Part shown: in pieces, positions 28,227 through 42,650 of the stretch
Position numbering within the stretch: the first letter of the stretch is position 1
How the letters are laid out: each line of letters begins with the position of its first letter
From: the human T2T-CHM13v2.0 reference genome, Homo sapiens
Length of the DNA: 64,000 nt
Strand: one strand, 5' to 3'
NCBI RefSeq assembly: GCF_009914755.1
Contig: NC_060927.1
Notes under the pieces: model-generated
What the model saw: the letters and a program-made list of their open reading frames with translations, nothing else
Databases searched by the model: none
Told to the model about the DNA's origin: nothing
Made by a program: the position numbers and the translations under genes

Positions 28227-28403
28227 CTGAAATTCAAATTGGTGAACTAGCTAGAAATACATGCTCACTAGAATGGTTCAGAGTTTTTCTGCATCTATCT
28301 CAGTGAAAAATGTTAGCAAAGGAAACCTTATTTTCCTGGAAAAACACTATCAAATAATAAAACAATTCAGGACCAGTTTTCACAAAGTAATAACAGGCCA
28401 TAC

Positions 28404-28634
28404 ATAATTGATTGCCTTTAGTCTTCGTCTCTGGGTATTACAAATCACAGTTACTAGCGCATCGAACAAGCTTTCATTCCGGATTCAGACTGTCCGTCTT
28501 GGCACTGCCTGAAACGGCTTGAGCACCTTTATTGCACACTTTACTGCATTGTTCTTCAGTTGCTTCTTCAGTGAAGTTCTGCTATACCCAACAATGTTAT
28601 ACCCTCCTTCTTTCTGTGTGTTTACTGACTGTCC
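28404..28634 (-). pseudogene. Fossil exon, 231 nt, phase 0-0
   Basis: actttttgcctaccatcag|GGACAG ... ATTAT|gtatgg. 77 codons with one TGA: GQSVNTQKEGGYNIVGYSRTSLKKQLKNNAVKCAIKVLKPFQAVPRRTV*IRNESLFDALVTVICNTQRRRLKAINY. Confidence 0.6.
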
Positions 28635-29044
28635 CTGATGGTAGGCAAAAAGTAACTTCTAGAAGGGAACTGATTTAGACTTATGATCTCACCTCAGGCT
28701 TGCAAGGCAATACACACCACCCAGGGAGATAAAACATATTCCTATGAAATCATATCCTAACTCTCTCCATTAAAACTCTAGAACTGCACTAAAAGCAGGA
28801 AAGATATACTAAAATTATACCAATTCTTTGGCTTACCAAACATCAGGCAGCTGCATCCATAAAAAAAAGGAATAAATAATTCATTCCAAAACTCTTTTTT
28901 GCACATCTCAAGGCTCATAACATTGGTTTGTAGGAGGAGGTCTGAACGAGGGCCTAGAAATTCTGAGTTATGCCTTGGCTATAACAGGAACCTGATCCCT
29001 CTATCTTACTCTCCCTTTGTATGTACGGCTAATGATATACACCT

Positions 29045-29378
29045 GGGCTGCCAGTGACAGTAGCCATGAGCCACGTGCCTATTGAGCACCTGAAATGTGA
29101 GTAGTCTGAAATGAGATGTGCTGTGAGTATAAAATACACACAGGATTTCAGAGATTTACTACCAAAAGAAGAATATAAAATATGATTCTTTAATAATGTT
29201 CAAATATTAATTACATGCTGTACATGCCGAAATGATAATATTTTAAAGATATTGGGTTAAATAAAATATACTATTTAAATTTATGTTACTTCTTCCATTG
29301 AACTTTTTTAATGTGGTTATTAAACATTTTTTTAAGTTATGTATGTGGCTCACATGTATTTCATTTGGATGACAATGA
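29045..29378. mobile_element. MER33-like hAT MITE
   Basis: gtagccatgagccacgtgcctattgagcacctgaaatgtg...atattgggttaaataaaatat...tgtggctcacat. Confidence 0.8.
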
Positions 29379-30183
29379 TCTAGATATTCTGAATTGCTAT
29401 GAAAGCTAAGATTCTCTCCTTGTGGAAATGGGTAATTACAAGCCTAACAGTTACGCATGTCTTAAAGGATGGAGAACGTGGGGGAAGAGGAAGCAATCAA
29501 GTCACCAAGTGTATTACATATTTAGTTATACTTCAATTTTCCTAAGCACATTACAAAAAGAATGGAAAGAAGGAAGAAAAACATGCACAGTCCTTCACCC
29601 TCCTGAGACAGAAATGAGACTGAAAATGGACTTTGAAATCAAACCATTTCAGATTAGAATTCTGCCTCTAACCTCAGTTTCTCCATTTGTAAAATGGAAG
29701 ATAAGCATACTCACCTTTTAGAGAATTAAATAAGATCATGCCGATCAAGTACTTAAAGCAACATTGGGCACGGTTGGGAATAAAGATCTTGGCACCGGAG
29801 ATGTTGAACCTGGAGCGGAAGGGACATTGAGACCAAAATGTCCATTGGGCAATGGGAATCTGAGCCTGGAGACCAATAAAAAGATGGATAGATGCAAGTG
29901 TCCTAGCAAGCAAGCCGCACAGGTGAGAAAACACTAAAACCAGGAAGGGAGCTGGTGTCACATAAGCAGCTCACACTTCATGGAAACATCACAGCTGCAG
30001 CTGAGCTCCAGCCAGTCGTTCCCATGAAGGAATAATAATGGTACAGTGTTGCCAGGTTTTCCAATTTTCTAAGAGAATCTAGAAATCCAGCTTTTTAAAT
30101 GTTTAGAAATTTTAAAAAATTTAGTTTAATTTAAAAAGCACTCATTATTCCAGAGAGAACCCACGGGAAAATAGTTTAATACC

Positions 30184-30533
<350 letters not shown>

Positions 30534-30630
30534 TTAGATTTCTACCATATGAAAGTTAACGGGGATCTCAGATGAAATTCCCACAAGCCCCCAAACAGTT
30601 GAGCTGCCAAAGATGAAGAGGGAGATTTAC

Positions 30631-30752
30631 CTCTTCCTCCTCCCAGCTCTTCATGCTGTAGGAACACAGTTGCTGCGACTACAGGTGTCCCAGCGGTCTT
30701 TCCCTCTCCCCAGACCGTGACCTGGATGTTATGCAGAATGTTTCAAAGAGAG
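30631..30752 (-). pseudogene. Exon with strong splice sites, 122 nt
   Basis: ccttgtgcttttgcag|CTCTCT ... AAGAG|gtaaat. Each frame has a stop, e.g. SL*NILHNIQVTVWGEGKTAGTPVVAATVFLQHEELGGGR. Confidence 0.55.
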
Positions 30753-31793
30753 CTGCAAAAGCACAAGGACTTTTTACAGGAGACACGTGACATAAACCAA
30801 GGTGCTACTCCGGCTATTATCCATTGCCCGCTTTAGGTCTCTCTGGAATATTGTCTGTTTCCATTTCAGGCACTCTCAGCTACTACCCATTTTGGTTAAT
30901 AAATTATCATATTGTGTAAATGTATACAATCTGTAAGCCTGGAAGAACTGTCTGGAAAAAGGATTTTTAAAATATCACACTAAAAAAATAAATACTAGTG
31001 GCCTCTCTGTATCTATTGTAAGGAGTAAAAGGATTTACACCTGAAAAATTAAAATTACAGTAGCTACTCTTTCCTCAAGTGGTTCTTAGCAAATGCATTT
31101 TAAAGAGGATGACTTTCCAGTGAACACTTTAATTTTAATTTAACCTTCCCAGAAAATGAAGTGCTTTGTGTAGATTCTTTTGGTTTTATTTAAGGCATAA
31201 AAATTAGTTCTGAACTGTGATAATTGTGGGCTTAGGAATGTAATCATTCCAAGCACCACTTCTCACTTGCTTATAAGCCCTACAGGTCTTGAGTTGCTGT
31301 TTATTGCTAATTCGAAGTTGGCAAGTTATTTAACTGTGAAGCTGAACTTGAAGTCAGAGTGTGACGAGATGGTGGGAGGTAGATTGTTTTGTTTTGCTTT
31401 CAACAGGTTATCCAAAGCCCGGATGCAAAATGCGGTGCAAGACACGGTTCTAGATATGTGCTCCTCTAACTCTTAATCTTAATTAAAATGGGATGATGAA
31501 ATGTTCTAAAGGTGGAATAAAATATTACATTAATCTATAACTCTATCTTGTCAAACCAACCACAGATAGGATACAGGTTCCTATCATCCACCCTTATGAT
31601 TTTGTTCTTAATTGTGGCATTTTGTTGTTGCTGTGAGGACTCAACCTAAATACTATTGCTTCTATTTGATTGTTTAAAGGAAAATAATGTAACAAGCTTT
31701 GGTCATGAAAAATCGTAATGTCCATAATACAGTAGATGCAGCATTTCTAAACATTTTAGAATTACGTGTTTGAATCCACGACCACATACTCAC

Positions 31794-31860
31794 ATACATA
31801 TAATCAACATTAACCAAAGGGTCATATGGCGATTTTTTTCCTTTATAATAAAGAGATCCT
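31794..31860 (-). pseudogene. Fossil exon, 67 nt, open
   Basis: atgtttcag|AGGATC ... TGTAT|gtgagt. Reads GSLYYKGKKSPYDPLVNVDYMY. Confidence 0.5.
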
Positions 31861-34749
31861 CTGAAACATTTTAAGATAAATGAATTCCTGCTTAAGTATG
31901 GGTGCATTTGAAGTGAGAATGCTTTGAATAAAGTTATCATTTTCACACACCACTATGCCTGAAAGTTATGAGCATTCAGACAGAAATCATTGAAGAAAAC
32001 TTAATAAAAATATGTTTGGCATATGCCGTATTTAGTGTGATCAATAGTGTTTAGTAATTCAAGAAATGAATTAAAATTTCACCCTCATTTTGCCACTCCT
32101 AAATTTCCATTTGAAAAACAATAAGAGAAATTATTAACTCCCTGAATATTTCTAATGGGCTTCTCAGCATTATTGAGTAAAACTAACTCCACATTGCAGG
32201 CCTGTGTGCTGACTCAGGTTTCCAAGGTTTCTCTGGGAACTCTTTGGTCTGTTGTTGCTGTTCTTTATTCTTTATTGAAAGGCATTTCCTAGTGCATTTC
32301 CTAATTTTAGGCACCTGGCTAGACTTTGGGGATGAAACAATACATGTGGCAGAATCCCTGCCCTTGGGTGCCTTACCCTCTCCTTCATACAGCATCTAAT
32401 GGATCCAAAACCAGGGAGAAGGTGCACCTCACAGCCACAGGCTGCAACAGAGAAAGGTAAAGTGCTGGTACTACCTGGTTTGTGTTTGTCTGTCTGTCTC
32501 TTTCTTTTCTTCTTTTTAGTAGGTGTCAATATTTTACATAAAGATCTAAATTTCTGACTTCTCTTAAAAAAAAAATCAGAAGATCTTAGCATACTGGACC
32601 AGAAAGACTACTTGGCAACATCTGGCTGAAGCTGTGGGGTGGGAGTGTTGAGGGGGGTGTGGATGGTGCACTTTTCCTAGTCATCTCTGGATCAAAACTG
32701 GCTCTAGTTTGCCAGTGTTCCCACCACTCCCTATAGTTTCATACTCACTCATATCCATTACCTGCTTTGTCCTCGTATTACAGTATTTACATTACTGACC
32801 TGCAAGAAGTAACTAGCAGTCAGAAAGCCTGATACTAGCCCTTGGTCTGCTGCTTATTAAATATATGACCTAGCATGAATTCGTGAATTGCATAATGCCT
32901 TGGAGCCTCAGTTTTCTCTTAAAAAAGATTAAAGACAAAACAAAACAAAACACGCCTTCTCTGGCACTGCAATTGCAAATCTCCAAAAAGAAATCTATGG
33001 AGGGGTTTCCAAACCTGGAAAGCATTAGGCCAAGGAATAATATTATTGTAATTTTGTTTTCAGAAGAAATATCTAGAAAATCAGAAATAACAGCCTATAT
33101 CTGATTATACCTATAAAGATCACAAAGCACTCTCAACTGAATTAAATCTCATGTGACCTCTGAGATAAATATCACTTTAGCCATTTTGATGATGAAGAAA
33201 CTCAGGCTGAAAAGGACCAAGGGATTTGCCCCAACACCAAATGCTGACATTTTTAAAAAGTCAACTTTCAAGATAGTTCCCATAATTTTAACACCTATGA
33301 AGACACTATTAACAACTGACATCACATGATGAAACAATAACCAGTAAGATGAGCCATCACTTTCCAAGGATATACTCTGGATAGAGAGTAGCAGCTTCTT
33401 TGAGCTTTCGTTTGTTTGCTTGTTATTCAAGAGCAACATTTTTTAAAGGGTATTACATGTTGTAATATAAAGGAAATATTTTAAGTAAATATTTGTAATA
33501 GGTACTCATTTGGACTTCTAATAAACTAGTAGGGTTAAAGCTTTTGAGGACGCACTTTCTCATTAAATGTTTGTCAACATTACATTATTTTCTTAGAGAT
33601 TGTCATCAGCAAGTAACTTCTATGAGAAACAAATGTCCTTAATTTTATTAAAGTCTACTTTTATTAATCCCCTCCCTACCCCTAATTGAGCTAATTTGAA
33701 CCATAGTGCCATTCAGAAAGAAATATGAGAATTCATCTGGCTCATTGTCACATACATTTTTTCCACAAAGAACCTAATAGAGTTAAAAGCTTGATTTAAA
33801 CATGAATTAAAGGTTTATCATTTACCTTTAAGAACAAACTCTCCATAGGAATAGTAAGCTCTTTTAATGCATTTACATTTTATTAGGCTTACAGACATTC
33901 AATTTATTGGTGTCTTTAGGTACACATTTACTGCATACAGTCAAATATATAACACCTTCATAGTAACTTTTTTTAAAAAGAGAAGGTAGACTTATTTAAG
34001 TTTTTTCATGGTTCACCATAATTCAGGTAGCGAAGTCTAAATGAACAAGCAGAGGGCAGATGAGTGACTTTAAGTGCACAGGAGATCTCCACATAGTAAT
34101 TTAGAGACACCGTGGGAAATAAATAAGGAGATACGTGAAAGAGTAACCAGCTCTTGGCAGGACATGTATATGACTGAGTAACATGCAAACTACTGTTTAT
34201 ACATTGCAATCAGCTGGCAGCCAAGCAAAAAGCTTATAGATGAGTAAGGACACTGCCACAGCCATGTTTTTGTTCTGAACCTCCTGATTAAACAAATAAA
34301 CTCAGACTAGAGAGCCACATGGAGAATACAATGCTAGGGATACAATACAATAGAATACAATACACTTAGCATGCAGGGTCTAAATATTAACAGCAACTGC
34401 AGAAGATATCACTGCAGATTTGAGTAAACTTTCTGAAACAATAATCTACAAAACCAGCTGTGTTTGGTGATGGCTCTTCATAAAAACAAACAGTTGCAAG
34501 AAATCTAACAGGATTCCAAGCTACAGTTCTTAGCTTATAGATTTCAAACACTGGAGAGAAATGCATAACATCCCAGCTTTTTATTCTCCAAAGTGAAGAT
34601 TTTGAAAGCAAATAGGATTACTATCTAGTATGGTCATCATAACATTTTTTAAAAAGACATTATTATTCTGGAATAGGAAGTATATGATCTCCTTACAATG
34701 AACAATTCCATGTAGAAAAAGATAGAATATCTGCAAAGCACTTTTGAGG

Positions 34750-35441
34750 TAGGTTAAGGTCCTGGGAAACAGATTCCTCATGCATTTAGCTTGAAGAAAG
34801 GTTTAAAAGGAATTCTTTAGGGATCAACACCTGCAGAAGGAAAGGGAAATAGAGGAGGAAGCAGGTGAGCTGAAGGAGAAGTCCCAATGGTAGCTTGTGG
34901 GGAATAATGAAGATGGGGTGCCTTAGCGCATTCTGGCAGTTGTAAAAAATATCATAAACAACAGAAATTTATTTATGATAGTTCTGGAGACTGGGAAGCC
35001 CATCAAGGTACCATCAGATTTGATGTCTGGTGAGGGCCCACTTCTGGTTCACAGATGATGGCTTCTGTCTGTCCTCACACAGTGGAGGGACTAGCAAGCT
35101 CCCTGGGGCCTCTTTTGTATAGGCACTAATCCCATCCATGAGGGTGGAACCATCACAACTTAATCACCTCCCAAAGGCCCCACTTTGAGGGTTAGGATTT
35201 CAACATAGAAATGTTGGGGGTACACAAACATTGAGACCATAGCATGGAATGTCCTGAGTGAGGGTGAGAAGGGAGGGGCCTTTTTACCCTCCAGTGATCA
35301 GTCACTGGAAGCAGGCCACCTCATGAAGGAGGTATGCCTTTGGGAGAGGGTTGTCTATGGGCAGCACCACAGCAAGTAGGGTGATAAGCCCTTAGCTCCT
35401 AAAGGAGGACCTGAGCAGTGCATTACAGAGTCCATGCGACA
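34750..35441 (-). mobile_element. Old MLT1 (H/I-like) LTR containing a nested MLT1A0-like LTR (34919-35243)
   Basis: Inner: aacaacagaaatttattt...gttctggagactgggaag...acaaacattgagaccatagca. Outer halves flank it. Confidence 0.7.
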
Positions 35442-35689
35442 CTTCTGTTCCAGGCTAGATAAAATATTTTTAAGCTCTGGCTGTAAGGACAGTCACCTTT
35501 AAGCTTTTAATCTTAGACAACCATCATAATACAAGGGCTATTTGAGACACAATGGTAAGACATTAAAAGGTCAAAGCATATAATGCTCTTACTGTCCATC
35601 AGATAACATCTCCAGGAAAATCAGTCCTGCTGCTCTTTGATACCAAATGGCTTCTTAGGTATCAGATCTGCTGGCTTGTTCTGAAAAAA

Positions 35690-37145
35690 GGTAGAGTGAA
35701 CTCATTTTTCTCTACTCCTTCCCTCTAAATACCCTGGAAGTTATTCAACGGGAAGTGATAAAGAACTCTAAAACCTGGAAAAAAAAGGAGATAGAAACTG
35801 ACTAGGGGCCTTAGCACTTGAGGGACAACAACCTGGTGAGTTCCGTGGGGTTTCCTTTTTATTTCCAATATACCCTATGCCGGGTTCCAGAGACGGCTGC
35901 AACCCCAAAACAGCAACAGGGAGAGCCTGCTCCCTCTGGTCAAATGACCAGTAAAGAAGTCCAGTAGAGACCTAGTGGGGAAGCCCCAGCCCCAGCCCCT
36001 ACTCTACCACTAGGGCAGCGATGGGCAGTGAGGCCCTAGGCCATCCCAACCATATATCTGACAAATAATTACTATCTACAGTATATAAATAATTCTCAAA
36101 GCTCAACAGAAAAAAAAAACAATAAACAGTTAGAAAATGGGCAGAAAATATGAAGAGACAGCTCACCAAAGAGCATATACAGGTAGTAAGCACACAAAAA
36201 AATATTCGACATCATTAGCCATAAGAGAAATGCAATTTAAAACCACAAAAATATTGTTACATATCTATCAGAATGGCTAAAATAAAAAAGCAGTGATAAC
36301 ATCAAATGCTGGTGAGGATGCAGAGACACTAGATCACTCAGACATTGCTGATGGGAATGTAAAATGGTACAGCTATTCTAGAAAATAGTTCAGCTGTTCA
36401 TTTTAAAACAAAAAATAAATTTGCTATATTACCCAGAAGTGGCACTCTCGGGCACTTGTCACAGAGAAACGAAAACTCATATTCACACAGAAATTTAAAC
36501 ATGAATGTTCGTAGCAGCTTTATTTGTAATACCCAAGAAATGAAAATTATCCAAATATCCTTCAATGGATAATGGTCAAACAAACTGTGATATAACATAA
36601 CACGGAATATTTCTTAGCAATACAAAGGAATGAACTATTGATACACACCTGGATGAATATCAAGGAAATTATGCTAAGTAAAAATTAAAGCCAATCTCAA
36701 GAAGATACATACTATATGATTACTTTAATATAGCATTCATGAAATATGATAATCATAGAGATCAAGAATAGAGTAGTGGTGGCTAGTTGTTCAGAATGGG
36801 GTAGGGAATAGGTGTTGACTCTACAGGGGTAGCATGAGGGAGTCTCTGATGATGGGACAGTGAAGTATCTTGATAGTGGTTGTGGTTTCATGAAGCTACA
36901 CTTATGATAAAATTGCGTAGAGCTACACATGCACACATATACACACACAAATGAGTACCTGCATAACTGGTCAATCTAAATAAGCTCTATGGATATGCAT
37001 TGTACTAATGCCAATTTCTTGGTTTTTATATTGTCCTCTAGTTAGGCAAGATATTAACATTGGGGAAAACTGGAAAAAGGGTACACAGGCCCTCCCTCTA
37101 CATTTCTTTGTTTGTTTCTGTGTATCTACTGTTATTTCAAATTTT
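35690..37145 (+). mobile_element. L1MC/MB-type 3' end (36050-37145), preceded by a probable L1M 5' fragment
   Basis: agaaaatgggcagaaaatatgaagagacagctcacc...gaaatgcaatttaaaaccaca...tgctggtgaggatgcagag. Confidence 0.8.
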
Positions 37146-37151
37146 AAAATT

Positions 37152-37810
37152 TACTTTAATTGACAAATAATACTTGTATATATTTAGGGGGTGCAATGTG
37201 ATGTTTTGATATATGCATACAATGTAGAATGATTAAATCAAGGTAATTAACATATCTATCATCTCATAATTTATTTGTGGTGAGACACTTGAAATTTATA
37301 CTCAGCAATTTTAAAATATGTGATACATTTTTATTTACTATAGTCACAATGCTGTGCAATAGATCTCAAAAACTTATTCCTCCTGACTAACTGCAAATTT
37401 GTACCCTGGTTTTTGCTTTTATTTTTGAGACAAGGTCTTGCTCTGTCACACAAGCTGGAGTGCAGTGGCCCAAGCACAGTTTACTGCAGCCCAATCTCCT
37501 GGGTTCAAGCAGTTCTCCCACCTCAGCCTCCCGAGTAGCTGGGACTACACGCATGTGCCAACATGCCAGGCCAGTCTTTTACTTTTTGTAGAGACAGGTT
37601 CTCACTATGTTGCCCTAGCTGGTTTCAAACTCCTGGGCTCAAGTGATCCTCCCACCTCGGCCTCCCAAAGTGCTGTGAGCCACAGGCATGAGCCACAGGC
37701 ATTAGCCACTGCACCTGGCCACTTTATACCCTTTGATCAACATCTCCCCATTCCCTCTCCCTATCCCCCAGCCTCTAGTGACCACCATTCCACTCACTAC
37801 TTCTATGACA
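37152..37810 (-). mobile_element. L1MA 3' end interrupted by an AluJ (37409-37720)
   Basis: ttaattgacaaataa...gatgttttgatatatgcatacaatg...ccctttgatcaacatctcccca; Alu TSD ttt(g/a)taccct. Confidence 0.85.
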
Positions 37811-38913
37811 AAAATTAAAGTTTGTTTCTTTTTTTTTTAATTAGGCCCGTTGATTGCTCAGGGTAAGAAATCGTAATAAAATTCTAGGTATTTCTTCCTT
37901 TGCAATGTGCCAGCATCTGCATCTATCACTGGAAAGTGGATTGCAAACCCATCTCAGATGCCCACACCTCCATTAACCTCTCCTACTCCCGGCCCAATTT
38001 CCTGCTCCATACCCCTTCTGATAGTTGCTTGCCTGGAATCCCTTCAATGGCTTAGCAAACTCTATGGCAGTTCCTGGGTTGCACTTCAACACTTTCTTGA
38101 CCCTGGCCCACCTCTGTTGTAATCCCTTTCTCAAGGTCTGGTGCAATTAAGAATGCTGCTGAAAGGGTTTTTGTTGTAGTTCGTGCCTATCAAACACAGA
38201 CTATTCTGATTACTTGTGGCATTTTGCAGTGATATAAAATTAAAACTAAAGCACAGGAGAAGAATCTTAGGTTTTTATATAAATAATTTATTGTCTATAA
38301 ATTCTCCCAAGAGGAATCTATGTCAGTCTACAGAAAGTGTCTCTCCATTGAGACCCATACCATTTGCCTGTAAATTCAGCACACTGATAGCCATTTGCAA
38401 TCTGCAAAAGAAAAGCCATCTATCTAAAGGGGCACGCCACACTGTTATTCCTTTGTAATATTAAGAAATTTATCCTAATTTAAAAGATAACTGAATTCTT
38501 ATTCTTTTACAAATTAGACTTTAAAACACAGCCACTGAATTGACCAAGCACTACCAAGCTTTTATCCTACTTTTATTTAAATGTACTGAAACATTAGTGA
38601 TGAAAGCTTTCATTTAAAGAATTCTGATGATTCTAATATTCATTTATAATGTCCATTTAGCTACCACATTGTGTTTATGCCCCTTAAAAGCTGAAGCTAT
38701 GACTGCTCTAGTACTGAGTTCTCCAGTGCTTATCATTAATTAAAAGGTAAAACACGATTACCAGGGTATCTGCAATCAAGCTTTCAATGTAAGAAATATC
38801 AATATCCAGTACTTGAGAACATTTTGGAACCAATTTTAATAGGTAAAAAAGTCCAAAGAGAAGAAAAAATGTTCTTTATTATTTCAAATTAAAACCAGAT
38901 CAGTATATCTTAC

Positions 38914-39068
38914 TGAAAAGTTGCAATTGCCCATGCCTTCCAGGCATCTGCCTAGTTTTTCTCTTATAGCAGATGCTAAAGAAGAGAAATCTGGCATGTC
39001 CATTTCTGTAATATTTACAGATATAACACATCAGCAATACATCAGTTTGGTTTTTTATGGAAGCTAAC
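38914..39068 (-). pseudogene. Fossil exon, 155 nt
   Basis: gttttgcttcttgag|GTTAGC ... TTTCA|gtaaga. Reads VSFHKKPN*CIADV, then shifted ISVNITEMDMPDFSSLASAIREKLGRCLEGMGNCNFS. Confidence 0.6.
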
Positions 39069-39507
39069 CTCAAGAAGCAAAACATGCTCTGTGAGTGTAC
39101 TTGTGTACTTACTTCAGATCATCCTTATGCTTGGGGGTGGGCAGACAGATTATTAAATAATGACTGTACTGAGTGTCTACTAAGCACAGTGGTGTACTTG
39201 TGTTGAGGGCACCGAGATGAATAGAAGAATCCCTACCCTAAAGGAGTGCAAAATCTAGTATCGGAGCCACATGAATATTGTGCAAGTGAAAGAAGGTGAG
39301 CACAGATTATGTCCATGGTGAAACAAAAGTTCTGAATATCTGTTGAGACTGATAAAAATAGATCCTGCTAATGTTAATGGCAAAAATGGCCTGAGTGTCT
39401 TTAGCTCCCCAATCAACTCTACCAGTATCCACCCAAGCCACCCCAAATAAAGTGTTTGCCCAGTGTACATATGCAGTTTCAAAAAAGTTGCCCGGTTTCT
39501 CCTCTTC

Positions 39508-39920
39508 TGTATTGGTAGGAATTGAGCAGGACACAGATGGCCCACTGAAATTAGAATAATTTGAGGAAGGTTTAATAAAGGGACTATTTATAAAACTTTG
39601 GGTAGTATGTAGGAAAACCATAAGGGACATTCAACACTCTGGAACTGTTATCATCACACGACATAAAGGGAGAAGGGGAAGGAGCACTGACCAGAACTTG
39701 GAAAGAGAAAGTCTGGTGGAGAGGTCAACCTCGAGAAGAGCTATCTGCTTTGATAGAGGAACATAGCCAGCTCAAAGGGACCCCACAGGGAGTGATCCAA
39801 GGCAACTAATACCTTGACCTCACTCTCCTTCCATTTTCCAGTCTCCTGCTTGGGTCCCCCCATTGGCCAGAAGGCAAAAAAACCCACTGATGAAGCATAC
39901 AGGTCAGCAGGTGGAAAAGG
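39508..39920 (-). mobile_element. Ancient ERVL/MaLR LTR
   Basis: ggtttaataaagggactatttataaa...gaccagaac...ccccattggccag. Confidence 0.55.
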
Positions 39921-40523
39921 ATAGCATCCCTGATTCCTGGTATTAAGAAAATCAATCAGCCGCCAACCGCAGAGAACTGCTGTGAAAATTAAATGATGTA
40001 AAGCACATTATGCACTCAAACATACCTCAAACATAGTAAGTAAATGAGAAATGTAAGTTGTTAAATATATAATATGGGATATTTTTCATTATACAATTCA
40101 ATATAGCAATTATCTATGCCTCCCACCATTTTCTCCCCACATGAGAGGTACAGCAGAGAGGGAGAAGAACCAATGTTTCCTGGGTGGCTAGTATGATTGC
40201 AGCAGAGTGCTAAGCATTTGCTATATATCCCATCTTATTTCATTCTCCCTAGAAAGAATGTGATAGGAATTATTAAGCTCTTAGGAAAGGTGAGTAAATG
40301 AAGCTCAGATATGTTGCCTATAATTATTGCTTATAATTAGGATCTCAGATCTGTCAAATTCCTAAGCTAATGACTTCTCCATTATTTTATGTAGATGGGC
40401 TACCTGTCCATATTAGATAATTTTATTTTTATCACGTTGAGGGGAATTAGAGAAAAACTTGCTAAAAGCTAAGCATCTAACTTAGGGCTTGCCACAGAAG
40501 AGATAGTCAGTAACTGCTATATA

Positions 40524-40652
40524 TGATGATGAGGAGGAGCAGGATGATAATGATTGTGATGGTGATGGTGATGGTACTGGTGATGGTGATGGTGATGGTG
40601 ACAATGATAATTATGGCAGCGGTGACAAATGATGGTGGTAATAGTGATGATA
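40524..40652. repeat. (GATGGT/GAT)n low-complexity repeat
   Basis: Read directly from sequence. Confidence 0.85.
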
Positions 40653-42509
40653 AGAACCACCCTACTTTAACCTAGGAGCAAAGAACTTCTGCAACAGACA
40701 CGAAGAATTCCTTAAATAAGGTTTCAGTATATAGTTGAAGTAGTGGAACTGATAAATATTTGTTAATCCTGGTCCCTCAATCCAAGAAGAAGCTTTTTCA
40801 GAGCAGGCTGTGTGGTGCATGGCTGGGCCACTATGAATTTCGGTTTCCCTGTGTGTGAAACGCAATAATTATATATGTGGTGCCTAGAGCTGATGTGAAG
40901 AATGAAAGGAATGCATTTAGAACACTTGGAACAGCCTGGAGCACAGCGAACACTAGGTCAAGATAGCCACTTACTGTCGGGGAGGTTAGTTCCAACATGG
41001 CTGGGCTCTCAGCAAGTCTTCTTTTGAGGAAAGGACCCAGAAGTGGAAATGGCCCCTCTCCTTACTAGCTGTGTCCTCACCCACTCCACTCATCTACACA
41101 GTTTAGAATCTGAGGGTGAAAGAAGGAAGAGCAGGCAAGGGAAGGCAGCAGTGGAAAACAGCTCTTGGGTGGTAAGTAGGGAGCAGGAAGAGCAGTTACC
41201 ACCATGCTTAAAACAAGGTTTTTAAAAAAAAAAAATTGCCTGAAGTCACATTTGAAAATAAAGAGCTTGGTAAACATGCTGATGGCAAAGAGAACTTGTA
41301 AAACAGTTTCACTTGAAAAAGGCCAAGGTTAATGGTATAATTTCAATTTTGAACCTTCTTTTAATATGGATTAGTGCTCTCAAATATGGGATTTGACATT
41401 AAGATGCCAAAAGAAGACTCAGAAGGTAACCTCAAGCAGTATTTTTTAAGGAAATTTCTTCCTTTTATCATTTGAACGCAGCTGAACAAAAACGTTATTA
41501 AAAATTATTCTGTCATAAAAACAGCAACATCAATGACCATAACAAATGCTAAAAAGCAAAATTATCCATGAAATTAAAAATATTTCACGAATCCAAGGTG
41601 AGAAATATTTTAGGGATGACACTTGGCACTTGAGATTTATGTAATGAGACATTACCAACTTTTATGTATAAAATTTCCTTTCTGAAAAAAAAGTATGAAA
41701 AATCAAAAGAAGGCACCAAAAAAGTCCCCCACTGATTTGGAAAACATATTCTTTTTTTTTTTTTTTACAATTAACTGCATTTGGAGAACTGCATCACACT
41801 TTTAAATAAAATATACATAACACATTTTCTCTTTATAGAAAAACCTTTACAAACCCTTAAGTTTGCTGAATTACTGCTGAAAAAGTATTTTTGAAATAAA
41901 ATATACAGAATGAATAAAGCATCTTTACTCCATTCTTCGGAAATTATCTAGATACAAATATATACATGGCTAAGTTCAAAAACTTACATAGTAGAAAGTT
42001 TAATAATTTGATCTATAATATTAAGCTGTTGATACTTTCGATTGGAAAGAAGGAGGGGAAATAGTGAAAGAAAAATTAACCACAGAATATATTCTTTGCA
42101 GTTTGAGATATAAAATGTTTTATCATTTACATTAATGTGCATAACATTTTAATATTAATTGTTGCCTCTTTCATCTTGCTGTCTTATTTTTTAAAAGCTT
42201 ATCATAGAAAAGTCTCTATATGAAATTGTTCATCCAAACAGATAAAAAGTTGGAATTATAACTGGGCCAATGAAATGTTGTTGTTTTGTATTTTATTGCT
42301 TTGCTTCTTCTTTAGTAATCATCTTTGCAGTCTGTCTAAACAATTCTCTGTGCACTGACATTTGCAATAATGTGTTTACATCACAAAGTTAGACCCTGTC
42401 ATTCGATGGAACAAGAGGCTGTATTTTGTAGCCCCCAGACACTCTGCATAACTTACTCCCTCTTTGGCCTGAGAGTGTAATCGTTTTTTCATCTGCCATG
42501 TTTAATTAC

Positions 42510-42650
42510 CTTTACAGGCATTAACAACAGTTTACTAGAAATCGATGGAGGAGCAATAAATTCATTAGGTTCAGTGGAGGTAAGAAGTTTCATATTCTTT
42601 TTCTCAGGTGAATACCTATTTGAGAACTACTAACTTCATCTTCCATAAAC
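42510..42650 (-). pseudogene. Fossil exon, 141 nt
   Basis: tattttttag|GTTTAT ... TAAAG|gtaatt. Distal frame YSPEKKNMKLLTSTEPNEFIAPPSISSKLLLMPVK ends in phase 0. Confidence 0.6.
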
